Shown here in pieces: positions 41,111-49,845 of a DNA stretch of 64,000 nucleotides (position 1 is the stretch's first letter; each line of letters opens with the position of its first letter). The notes beneath the pieces were generated by a model. It did not search any database, was not told the origin of the DNA, and saw only the letters and a list, made by a program, of their open reading frames with translations. The stretch spans positions 9,930-73,929 of the forward strand of contig JAONBD010000002.1 of NCBI GenBank assembly GCA_028376765.1. Reading direction: 5' to 3'. Source of the DNA: Candidatus Kapaibacterium sp. (GTDB taxonomy: Bacteria > Bacteroidota > Ignavibacteria > Kapaibacteriales > UBA2268). Position numbers and translations under genes: made by a program.

Positions 41111-41280
41111 AGAATCTTACTGAAGATTGTAATAAAATTAATTGTGAAATAATTTTCATATTTGCAGATTAAAATCCGTACATTTACGTAGTATTAATAG
41201 GTACTGATGTTTTAATTTTGAATGTGATACTAAATAAGAATAAAAAATTTAATTTAATTTATACTAGGAGATCTCTAATT

Positions 41281-43614
41281 ATGAAGAGTCTTATATTACT
41301 AATAATTGGTTTGCTGCCATCGCTTTTGCTATCGCAGACATTTACCATAACAGGAAATTCATCATCGTTCTATAACTCTGGAACTTTCTGTGTAAGAAAT
41401 GATGAAGGATCCCTCAACACAGATGCCGGTTCAGTTGCTAGAGTTGATAATTCGAATGGGGTAATCCAATTTGAAGGCTTGAATAATAGATTTGCTGATA
41501 CAGGTGCAGGTAATAATTATATTGGAAGCTCAGATGCCAATAGACTAGAAGGGCAATTGGTATACATAAAAGTTGGTGCTAATGGTACTCAAACTGTTCA
41601 AGATGACCTATATCTAACAAATTTGGAAGTTTCAAGTACTACTGGTAATACTGTTCAATATGGTAATGCTGTTTATTTGAGTGGGACTTATTCAATTCCT
41701 GGTACTGCCATAAGAGATTATGCTACCAATTCAAACTCATTTGTATATGATGCAAATGGATCTACTACTCAATCAATTGTTGGTGAACCTTCATATTATG
41801 GGTTGTACTTAACAAACTCTGCTATTAAAAACTTAGCAGCTAATCAATCTGCTACTGCAACTAATGAATTTGGATCGTTAGCATCTGTTACAGGTGGAGC
41901 TACAATTAACGGTTCTTTAGAAGCATCTAATAATTTCTTTTTAGAAAATTCTGGAGCAGAATTTTATGTTCAAAGTATTAGTGCAGATAACGCAACTTTA
42001 CAATTAGGTAATGGTACAGTTTCAATTGATGGTCTTCTTACCGTTGAAGAGAATGGTTCTGGCTCAGCTCAGGTAAATACTGGTTCGGCTGTTGCAACTG
42101 TGAACTCAAATGGTACAGTACTAATCACTTCAGGTACATTTAATGCAATTGATGGAAACCTTACATTAGCAGGCGGAGGTTCTTCATTTACAGTAGAATC
42201 TAACGGAGATATTGTTTTGGGTGATTCTAGAACTTTTACAATTAATGATGGTGGATTTGTAAACGGACAAGCAACTGTTGCTAGTAGAGACAATATGAGT
42301 TTTGCAGATAATTCAGAAGTTGTTTACAACGGTGGTAATGTAGTGATGACAAGTTCAAGCTACGGCTATGGTAATTTAACTGCTAATGGTGCAAGCGGTG
42401 TTGAACTAGCAAACGAAACAATTTATGTAGATAACACTCTTAATGTAAGAACATCAAACTTTGATATTTCAAGTGGTGTTGGAACTTCATCTACACTATA
42501 TATGACTGATGATACTGCTCAACCTACTTACGATGAAGGAATCGAGCTAGTTGGTAGAATGGAAAGAACTGTAACTGGTACTTCTGGTACTTTAACATAC
42601 AACAATGCTGAAACAACTCTCGACTTTGCTAACGGTGGTATTGGAACAAATACTTCAATTGGTTTAGATGTTAGACCTTCCGATAATGATCTTGCAAATA
42701 ATTCTGAGATAACTGATTTTGACCCATCAAGAGATGTTGATAGAAGTATCCAAGCTTACTTTACTGGAACTTCTGCATCGTATAACTTAAACTATGCATA
42801 CCAAGATACAGAAACATCAGCGACTATTGCAAACTATCATAACTCATTGAGATATAGAGAGGTTGATGACAATGGTGCCGGTCAATCTGGTAAAATTTCA
42901 ACTGGTGAGCAATATGTAAGAGAAATTACTGATAATGCTCCTAACTTTAGAAGTATTTATTTAAGAGGAATGAGACAAGATGGTGATGGAACAGCCGTTA
43001 CTGGTGATCTTGCAGAAGTTAGTGATGGTGGTGTCATCTTCTTAAGAGGTGGTCCTGCAATATTTATATCAGTTAATTCTGGTAGATGGTCTAACCCTAA
43101 TACTTGGGATGAGGCAGAACAACCTGGCCCTTCTGATTTAGCAGTAGTAAGACATACAGTCCATGCTGGTTTCACAAGAACTAATCAAGATAATTATACA
43201 GATGATGAAGATGATCACTTAGCTACTTTCCCTGGTGCACCTACAACTGCAACTAAATTAGTTGGTAAAGTAATCATCGACGAAAACTATGGTGGAATTG
43301 CTAATACAAATGAAGCTACATTAATCTTAGGTGGTAATAAAACTTACGCTCTTAACCCTGAAGATGGAAACATGACTGATGAAGGTTGGGGTCAAGGTGT
43401 ATTTGCTAACGCTGGTGGTATAGAAGTTGAGCCTGCTGCTGCAAATGGAACACTTGCAACAACTGAAGCTGCAGTAGATGCTAATGCAGATACTTATAGT
43501 AATGGTCTAGTAATATTTGCAGGTGCTACATTGATGATTGATGGTAATGGTAATGTAACTGATAACCAAGTTAATAACTTAGGTAAGTTATTAGTTGACG
43601 AAGACGGAAACTAA
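41281..43614 (+). CDS. Secreted Gly/Thr/Asn/Ser/Ala-rich protein (777 aa), probable beta-helical surface or fibril protein with no T9SS tail
   Basis: Start taken at ATG 41281 (MKSLILLIIGLLPSLLLSQ signal peptide) with AGGAG 10 nt upstream. Repetitive ..N.G.i.v..g... strand-like pattern. No recognisable enzyme motif. Confidence 0.5.
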   Translation: MKSLILLIIGLLPSLLLSQTFTITGNSSSFYNSGTFCVRNDEGSLNTDAGSVARVDNSNGVIQFEGLNNRFADTGAGNNYIGSSDANRLEGQLVYIKVGANGTQTVQDDLYLTNLEVSSTTGNTVQYGNAVYLSGTYSIPGTAIRDYATNSNSFVYDANGSTTQSIVGEPSYYGLYLTNSAIKNLAANQSATATNEFGSLASVTGGATINGSLEASNNFFLENSGAEFYVQSISADNATLQLGNGTVSIDGLLTVEENGSGSAQVNTGSAVATVNSNGTVLITSGTFNAIDGNLTLAGGGSSFTVESNGDIVLGDSRTFTINDGGFVNGQATVASRDNMSFADNSEVVYNGGNVVMTSSSYGYGNLTANGASGVELANETIYVDNTLNVRTSNFDISSGVGTSSTLYMTDDTAQPTYDEGIELVGRMERTVTGTSGTLTYNNAETTLDFANGGIGTNTSIGLDVRPSDNDLANNSEITDFDPSRDVDRSIQAYFTGTSASYNLNYAYQDTETSATIANYHNSLRYREVDDNGAGQSGKISTGEQYVREITDNAPNFRSIYLRGMRQDGDGTAVTGDLAEVSDGGVIFLRGGPAIFISVNSGRWSNPNTWDEAEQPGPSDLAVVRHTVHAGFTRTNQDNYTDDEDDHLATFPGAPTTATKLVGKVIIDENYGGIANTNEATLILGGNKTYALNPEDGNMTDEGWGQGVFANAGGIEVEPAAANGTLATTEAAVDANADTYSNGLVIFAGATLMIDGNGNVTDNQVNNLGKLLVDEDGN

Positions 43615-43630
43615 TTTTCTAATAAAAATT

Positions 43631-43685
43631 CGCCCCTTATGGGCTTTTCAATTAAGGGGCAGCTTATTTTATGGCTGTCCTTTTT
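43631..43685 (+). terminator. Two overlapping alternative hairpins, the second an intrinsic terminator
   Basis: Hairpin A is GCCCCTTA (43631-38) paired with TAAGGGGC (43652-59). Hairpin B is GGGCAGC (43656-62) paired with GCTGTCC (43673-79), followed by T6. The two share 43656-59. Confidence 0.6.
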
Positions 43686-43755
43686 TGTAAAAAATAAATT
43701 TTGGTCTTATTATTGATATAAACTATTATATTATTCGCTATATTATAAATCATAA

Positions 43756-46164
43756 TTGAAAAAAATAACAACCATATTACTATTACTAATTAGCTGGTCA
43801 TTTGCACAGAACAAGTTTAATGTGAAAGGCACTGGTCAAGTAAATAACTTTGGAAACTCAATTTTCGAAGCTGGAAACACCAAAATTATTGTTGAAGAAA
43901 ATGCCAGAATTAATAATTCAGGCACTATAAAAGTAAATGATAAAAATGATGTGAGTCAGCAAGCAGTAGGAGTTGAATTCTATGGTATAGTTGAAAATGT
44001 AAACGGCTTTATCGATTTAAATTATTATGGTAATTCCATAATAACACAAGAACTATTAAACGGTACAGTAGCTTTCTCATCTCAAATTAATGACCCAAAT
44101 GGAAGACAATTTGTTCCATTAATCCAGTACGATAGTGTGCTTTTTTCTGGCACCAGAAAAACTTTAAGGTTAAACACAGGTTCTACAAGAACCAAACTTG
44201 TTGCCAGAAAAAATTTCACAAGTACTAATAATACATTTGAATATGATAATAATGTAGAAATTGAATCTCATAAACACACTGAACACGATGGAACTTTTGA
44301 AACGAGTTTTGATAGAGTTACATTTATTCAAGGCTCTGATTCATTAGATGCTAGGGTGAATGGTACTGGTAATTTTAAAGTACTAAGAATTGACAACCCT
44401 AACGGTGTTGATATTACTCGTGGTGGATTTGAAGTTCAAAATAGGTTGGAACTTTATCAAGGGAAATTAAATAATAGTGCTTCAGCTAATTTTATTTTAG
44501 CAGATTCTTCTACAATAGAACTACCTGCTAATTTTAATATGATGGACGAATCAGGTATATATAGAGAAGCAGCTTCTTCTCTTAATATCGAACCAGAATT
44601 TGATGGCACAGTACTAGTACAATATCAAGGTAATGCACCAATGGAAAGTGGACCAGAAATCCCAGCAGATAATCAAATACTTACAGATTTAAATATCTTA
44701 AATAATGGCGGGGTTACTTTTACTAAAGATGTTTTTGTTAGAGATAGAATAGAAATTGGTGCCAACGCTTACATGGATTATGCAGGTAATGAAAACACTT
44801 TATATTACCTCTCCCCCGACGATTCTGGAATATTCTTTTCAGATACTACTAAAGAAGTATATGGAAATATGGCTAGAGCTAACGCTAATCTTCCAACTGA
44901 TTCAAGATTAACTTTTAATAACGCATATACATATTTAAGATTTAGTACTGAAGATCAAGATGCAGATCCTGATTTAACAAGTGACGGCGGCTTAGTTGAT
45001 ACTATAATAGTTAGAGTTGAACCAAATACAGCCTATGATGATTTAACCTATGGAAATGATTCAGATCTAAAAGTTCAGAGAAAAATAAAGATTTCTGCTA
45101 AAGATAATAGCGGCACTGAATTAATAGCATTTAATAATGCTTCATTTGGTTATGCTTGGAGACATGATGCAGATAGCCCAAAAGCTAATTATCATGAAAC
45201 TAGGGATGATAATTCTGAGATAATATTTGATGAGCTAGGTCTACAAAGGTTTGATATTCAATCCCAAGTTTGGCTAGACGAACAATCTCAAATTCCTCCA
45301 AATTATGATGATATTAATGATTGGGCTTATAGTAATGCTTCTTTATCAGGATTGCTTGGAGAATTTGCTATTGGTCTTAATATAAAAAAATATTTAGCTT
45401 TTGTTGCGAATGCAATTTTGGAAGGCCCTTATGACTTGGAAAGTGGTCAAATGATTGATAGCCTACAACAACAAGATTTATTCCCTAAGGATCAAAATGG
45501 TAAATATATTCTGCCAAATTCTTATCCTTTCGAAACTGCTTGGATACCTAATGAATTAAGAATAACATTAGATAGTATACCAGAAAATGTAGTAGATTGG
45601 GTTTTAATCGAATTTAGAAAGGGACAAGAAGAATCAACAGAGTCATTTTATAAACCCTGTTTTCTTAGGAAAGATGGTGTTTTGATTGATACTGTTGGTA
45701 ACGAAAATATTATAGTTTGGGAAGAAGAGGTAGGCGGCATTGACGTATCTGGTGAAACAACTTACTATATAGCAATACACCACAGAAACCACATGCCAAT
45801 TGTTACTAATGAAAAATTAAAATTCTCGTCAAATGAAGATAACCCAGAATTAGTTGATTTCACAAACCTCAACAGCATTTATAATTTTGCTTTAAGCCCA
45901 GTTAAATTTCTTGGACTAGATGAAAATAATGAAAGAATCTATGGCTTATATGCAGGTAATACCGAAAGAACAGTTGAGCAAATAGACTTTAGACAAATAA
46001 TTAATCAAGCTGACTTGGATGAGATAAATGACTGGATTAAAAGGGATAACTATTTGCTTTATTTAAGAGCCGACATCAACATGGACGGAATAGTTAACGC
46101 CAAAGATTTTAATGTGTCTTGGAATAATCAGAAAAATAGATACGTAGATAGTTTTGTAAAATGA
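43756..46164 (+). CDS. Secreted 802-aa protein with N-terminal beta-helix-like region and C-terminal dockerin-like calcium loop
   Basis: TTG start and signal peptide MKKITTILLLLISWSFAQ. The central LEGPY....VVDWVLIEFR....HHRNHMPIV module recurs in FCB surface proteins. C-terminal DINMDGIVNAKD matches DxNxDGxxNxxD. Confidence 0.5.
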   Translation: MKKITTILLLLISWSFAQNKFNVKGTGQVNNFGNSIFEAGNTKIIVEENARINNSGTIKVNDKNDVSQQAVGVEFYGIVENVNGFIDLNYYGNSIITQELLNGTVAFSSQINDPNGRQFVPLIQYDSVLFSGTRKTLRLNTGSTRTKLVARKNFTSTNNTFEYDNNVEIESHKHTEHDGTFETSFDRVTFIQGSDSLDARVNGTGNFKVLRIDNPNGVDITRGGFEVQNRLELYQGKLNNSASANFILADSSTIELPANFNMMDESGIYREAASSLNIEPEFDGTVLVQYQGNAPMESGPEIPADNQILTDLNILNNGGVTFTKDVFVRDRIEIGANAYMDYAGNENTLYYLSPDDSGIFFSDTTKEVYGNMARANANLPTDSRLTFNNAYTYLRFSTEDQDADPDLTSDGGLVDTIIVRVEPNTAYDDLTYGNDSDLKVQRKIKISAKDNSGTELIAFNNASFGYAWRHDADSPKANYHETRDDNSEIIFDELGLQRFDIQSQVWLDEQSQIPPNYDDINDWAYSNASLSGLLGEFAIGLNIKKYLAFVANAILEGPYDLESGQMIDSLQQQDLFPKDQNGKYILPNSYPFETAWIPNELRITLDSIPENVVDWVLIEFRKGQEESTESFYKPCFLRKDGVLIDTVGNENIIVWEEEVGGIDVSGETTYYIAIHHRNHMPIVTNEKLKFSSNEDNPELVDFTNLNSIYNFALSPVKFLGLDENNERIYGLYAGNTERTVEQIDFRQIINQADLDEINDWIKRDNYLLYLRADINMDGIVNAKDFNVSWNNQKNRYVDSFVK

Positions 46165-47795
46165 AATATTTAATATTAATAATTATCATAGTTTTATCAT
46201 CATACATCTTTGCACAAGATGAGAAACCTGCTATACTTGAAATTAGAAATACAAATCCAATAGAACCATCTATTTTAGAATTTGATATTTACATGAGAAG
46301 AAATTCTAATTTGTGGCAACGGTTTGCAAATGGGACTTATTATTTCGAATTTAAAAAAAGTTATCCAGAGCAGCCTGATTATATAATCAATCCAGATAAT
46401 TTAAATTTCACTTTTCAAGATGTAACAACAGAACTAGCCTTAAGTACTCAAGGTCAAAATATTGACGGATTATCTGAATATATTGTTAACACGCAAGTAA
46501 TAAATGAAGCACTAGTTGTTTCAATAATCGGACCTGAAGATTATGTAAATGCTCAGGAAGTTCCACTTAACACTTCTGGCGAAGAAGATTTAAAAATTGG
46601 GACATTTAGGGTTCAGGCGGTTGATTCTCGTGCCTCGATCCCAACAAAAATACGTTGGAAAACACCTGCTCCATATTGGCAGACTACAGCATATAAAAAT
46701 GATATTGATAGAGATTATAAAAAAGTACCTGAAAATGAGTACAGCAACCCTCAAGACTTTAATGCTGTTAGAACTTTTTTTATAAGTGATAATATCAATC
46801 TGAATAATCCCAATTCAGAGATAGAGTACTCAGAGGATTTTACTGAGCCAGATGGTATTAAACCGAGGTATGTTGATGCTAAGTACTTTGGTGATGGAAG
46901 GATAACAGTTTCTTGGAAAACAGATAGTGAAATTTTTCCTCACAATTACGTTATCAAAAGAATGAAGAAAAATTTCTACACAACAAGAGAAGAATTTGCA
47001 TCGTTAAGACAATATTTTGAAACAGATTTAGCTCAAGATTATTATGCAATTAACCCAATAACTAGTGGTCCAAACGCTAGACCCGAATATACAAATCAAT
47101 ACAAGGTTGTTGCAACAGGTACATCCTACGATAGAACCGATGCTTTTGATATATTTTTTTGGGATGAGAATACTTTATCTAATGGTAACTTTAATCGTGA
47201 TGATTTATTAAGTGAATCATTAAAAGAACTTCTAACTGGTGTAGGGAACGAGACTCCATACCCCTCACTTGTAAAGAGATTTGATACCCAAAAAGAAACA
47301 AAAGGTGAAGATTATTTCTGGACAGATCCCGAAAAATTTGAAAAAGGTGAATGGGGTTGCTATCACGTTTCTTATCAAGATTGGAATGGATTCGTTTATC
47401 CTCTCGGATATGATTGTGAACAGATACCAAATTCTGTAATTGCTTTTGCAAATGCTTACCCAAATCCATTCGAAACAGAAACTCAAATTGATTTTGAACT
47501 ACTTGATGATGTTAAGAATTTGCAACTTAGAGTGGTTGACGGTCTAGGTAAAGTTGTAACTCATGCAGTTGGCTTAGATGGTGTAATACTTGATAATGTA
47601 TCTGCTCCCGATGTGGCTGATAATAATTCAAAACCATCAAGATATGCTTTAAGAGGCACACATACTGCAAAAATTAATATCCCCAAAAGCTCTTTAGGAC
47701 AAGCTTCCTATTCTTTATTAATTACCGCAGACCCATTAAACGATAATTTTGTTGGTAGTTCTAATGCTCTTGTAAAACTACAAGTAACACGTTAA
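46161..47795 (+). CDS. Secreted 544-aa protein with T9SS C-terminal sorting domain
   Basis: ATGA overlap with the upstream gene and a signal peptide. C-terminus AYPNPFETETQIDFEL...LQLRVVDGLGKVV. The N-terminal ~150 aa form a beta-sandwich-like region (possibly cohesin-like, low confidence). Confidence 0.55.
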   Translation: MKYLILIIIIVLSSYIFAQDEKPAILEIRNTNPIEPSILEFDIYMRRNSNLWQRFANGTYYFEFKKSYPEQPDYIINPDNLNFTFQDVTTELALSTQGQNIDGLSEYIVNTQVINEALVVSIIGPEDYVNAQEVPLNTSGEEDLKIGTFRVQAVDSRASIPTKIRWKTPAPYWQTTAYKNDIDRDYKKVPENEYSNPQDFNAVRTFFISDNINLNNPNSEIEYSEDFTEPDGIKPRYVDAKYFGDGRITVSWKTDSEIFPHNYVIKRMKKNFYTTREEFASLRQYFETDLAQDYYAINPITSGPNARPEYTNQYKVVATGTSYDRTDAFDIFFWDENTLSNGNFNRDDLLSESLKELLTGVGNETPYPSLVKRFDTQKETKGEDYFWTDPEKFEKGEWGCYHVSYQDWNGFVYPLGYDCEQIPNSVIAFANAYPNPFETETQIDFELLDDVKNLQLRVVDGLGKVVTHAVGLDGVILDNVSAPDVADNNSKPSRYALRGTHTAKINIPKSSLGQASYSLLITADPLNDNFVGSSNALVKLQVTR

Positions 47796-47835
47796 TAATT
47801 TTTTTTTTAAGTTACACATCTAATAACCGCCCAAT

Positions 47836-49362
47836 TTGAAATTAAAACTATTAATAATACTCAGCTTTTTAGCTTGTCCAATATTAGGACAGGAGAGTTC
47901 TACATTAACAAATGAAAGTGATGTGAGTAATTCTAATACATTTACTGAAGATGAATTTGAGCCAGCAATGGACTTATATGATGACGGTAAAATGTATGAA
48001 GAAACAATACTTAGCAATAATGACACTTTGCTGGTAACAAGAACCTATGGTGATCACTTTTATGGATTATTTGCTGGGCCTAATCTATCTTTAATTACAG
48101 GAAATGTTAGATGGGCTGCAAACCCATTAGCAATTGCTCCGGGAGACTACCCTGAACCTTCCCGTGGAGATGTAATTGTAGATTACACTCCAATCAGAAT
48201 TAATGAAAATTTCAATTGGTTCCCTGGTTTTATTTATGAATATTCACCTGTAGATTGGGACTTTGGTTTTGCTCTAAGAGTCTTCCCATTCGAGACAGTA
48301 CTTTTAAGAGCAGAGTTTTTAGTTCCTGAAGAAGATGCCACCCGAGAGAATGAAAAATATATATTTACATCTAGGATACCATACACAGGAATATCTCCCC
48401 AATTGACATATAAAATTCGTTATTTAAATTTAAAATTATGGGCTGGAGCAGACGTATTTTTTAGCATTGGTAACGACGAAACTCAAATAGAAAGAGATTA
48501 TATTACAACATCAGGGGATGTTGAAGTTCCTAGGATTATTAGAAACTTAGAAGATCCTCCGTTAAGATATGGTTTTAACACTGGTATTGAATACGAGTTT
48601 TTAGTGATGGACATATTTAAATCCACTAGGGTTAAATTCGCTCCATATTTCATGGCTGAATGGACTACTAGTTATATTAGTGATTTTGGTTCAAGTGTTT
48701 CCCCAATAATTGTTAGGGCTGGCTTAGCAATAAAACTTGGTCCTGATAGGATAAAAACTGAGACATTGAAATATGTTCCAAAAATAAATAACGATTTCCT
48801 AGCTAAATTCGATGAACAAAGAACTGTTAGTTTTGGTGGTTTTATTGAAAATGAAGAATTAGTTTCCTCTTCGCTCGATTATATTGAAGTTGCTCAAGTT
48901 CAAGCAGATATTACAGATGAACCTTCTTCAAAACTAGAAAATACAGATGATTTATTTAAACCCCAAGTTAGCTCAGAACCAGAGGAAGAAGAAGAAGAAA
49001 AAGAAAATAAGTTGTCAAAAGGTCAACAAAAAATATTCACGTTTAAGAACATTAGTTCTACTACCCTATCAAAAGAATTACGAGATTATTTGAAAGGAAT
49101 TGCTACTTGGCTTAAAAACAACCCTAATGTTGAAATTCGAGTAGTTGGTCACGCCTCTGCAGACGAGCCACAGAGGGAAGCACAGCAATTATCTAATAAT
49201 AGAGCATTGAAAGTTCAATCCTATTTACAAAGACAAGGCATACAGAAAAGAAGAGTATTAGTTGGTTTTCAAGGTGCAAGATCGCCAAGACGAGATGTTG
49301 ATAACAGAACAGCAGCTGGTAGAGCCGCAAACAGACGGGTTGAGATAGAATTAGCTAAATAA
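47836..49362 (+). CDS. OmpA family protein with N-terminal beta-barrel, acidic linker and C-terminal OmpA-like peptidoglycan-binding domain
   Basis: TTG start and signal peptide. C-terminus IRVVGHASADEP....LSNNRALKVQSYL....NRRVEIEL. Confidence 0.75.
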   Translation: MKLKLLIILSFLACPILGQESSTLTNESDVSNSNTFTEDEFEPAMDLYDDGKMYEETILSNNDTLLVTRTYGDHFYGLFAGPNLSLITGNVRWAANPLAIAPGDYPEPSRGDVIVDYTPIRINENFNWFPGFIYEYSPVDWDFGFALRVFPFETVLLRAEFLVPEEDATRENEKYIFTSRIPYTGISPQLTYKIRYLNLKLWAGADVFFSIGNDETQIERDYITTSGDVEVPRIIRNLEDPPLRYGFNTGIEYEFLVMDIFKSTRVKFAPYFMAEWTTSYISDFGSSVSPIIVRAGLAIKLGPDRIKTETLKYVPKINNDFLAKFDEQRTVSFGGFIENEELVSSSLDYIEVAQVQADITDEPSSKLENTDDLFKPQVSSEPEEEEEEKENKLSKGQQKIFTFKNISSTTLSKELRDYLKGIATWLKNNPNVEIRVVGHASADEPQREAQQLSNNRALKVQSYLQRQGIQKRRVLVGFQGARSPRRDVDNRTAAGRAANRRVEIELAK

Positions 49363-49447
49363 AATCCTTTCATTAAATATAATATTTTCAGATTAATTTT
49401 TTTTTTTGTTATTTTACGTTGCTTAACAAATAAAAAATATTAAAACT

Positions 49448-49837
49448 ATGTCTGATAAATCAAATCCTATCGCAATAGTTGAAGATAATACTCCAATTAG
49501 AAAATTATTTTCAACATTACTAAAGAAAGCAGGTCACCAAATTATTGAATTTGAAAATGGTGAATCAGCTATGGAAGGTCTGAAAAATACATCCGTTTCC
49601 ACAATTATATTAGACATACTTTTACCAGATAGAAATGGTAGTGATATGATTGGGGAATTAAGAGGAATAAAAGGTTACGATAAAATACCTATTATTGCAA
49701 TTACTGGTTTTGCTCAGGCATCTGACCGTCAAAAATTTATAGATTTGGGTTTCGATGCATATCTTGCTAAACCAATAAACACATCAAGTTTTGTAGAAGA
49801 GATTAATACGATTAGAGATGAAAAATTTAAAAAATAG
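49448..49837 (+). CDS. Single-domain response regulator (CheY-like receiver only)
   Basis: IAIVEDN acidic pocket, phospho-acceptor context ILDILLPDRNG, IIAITG and YLAKP. No output domain. Confidence 0.85.
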   Translation: MSDKSNPIAIVEDNTPIRKLFSTLLKKAGHQIIEFENGESAMEGLKNTSVSTIILDILLPDRNGSDMIGELRGIKGYDKIPIIAITGFAQASDRQKFIDLGFDAYLAKPINTSSFVEEINTIRDEKFKK

Positions 49838-49845
49838 GTAATGGA

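Noticed and set aside
41218-41280. A 21-codon N-terminal extension (TTG start) of the first gene of the sigma-54 unit.
   Set aside because: The ATG at 41281 is preceded by AGGAG at good spacing and begins a canonical signal peptide. The extension (MNVILNKNKKFNLIYTRRSLI) has no SD and would bury the signal peptide.
41281-43614. Apparently higher G+C in this gene and in 15463-20358, considered as a sign of horizontal transfer.
   Set aside because: Both encode Gly/Ala/Thr/Pro-rich proteins whose codons raise G+C. Third positions still look A/T-biased like the rest of the window, and there are no flanking mobility genes or repeats. I did not compute composition.
43701-43715. A second sigma-54-like element (TGGTCTTATTATTGA) upstream of gene 2.
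   Set aside because: GA occupies the position where the invariant -12 GC is required, and the -24 region is also poor. This is probably chance.
48978-49010. A GAA/GAG-rich run (EPEEEEEEKENK) considered as a possible tandem DNA repeat.
   Set aside because: It is a short acidic low-complexity linker between the barrel and the OmpA_C domain, in frame, and not a repeat element.
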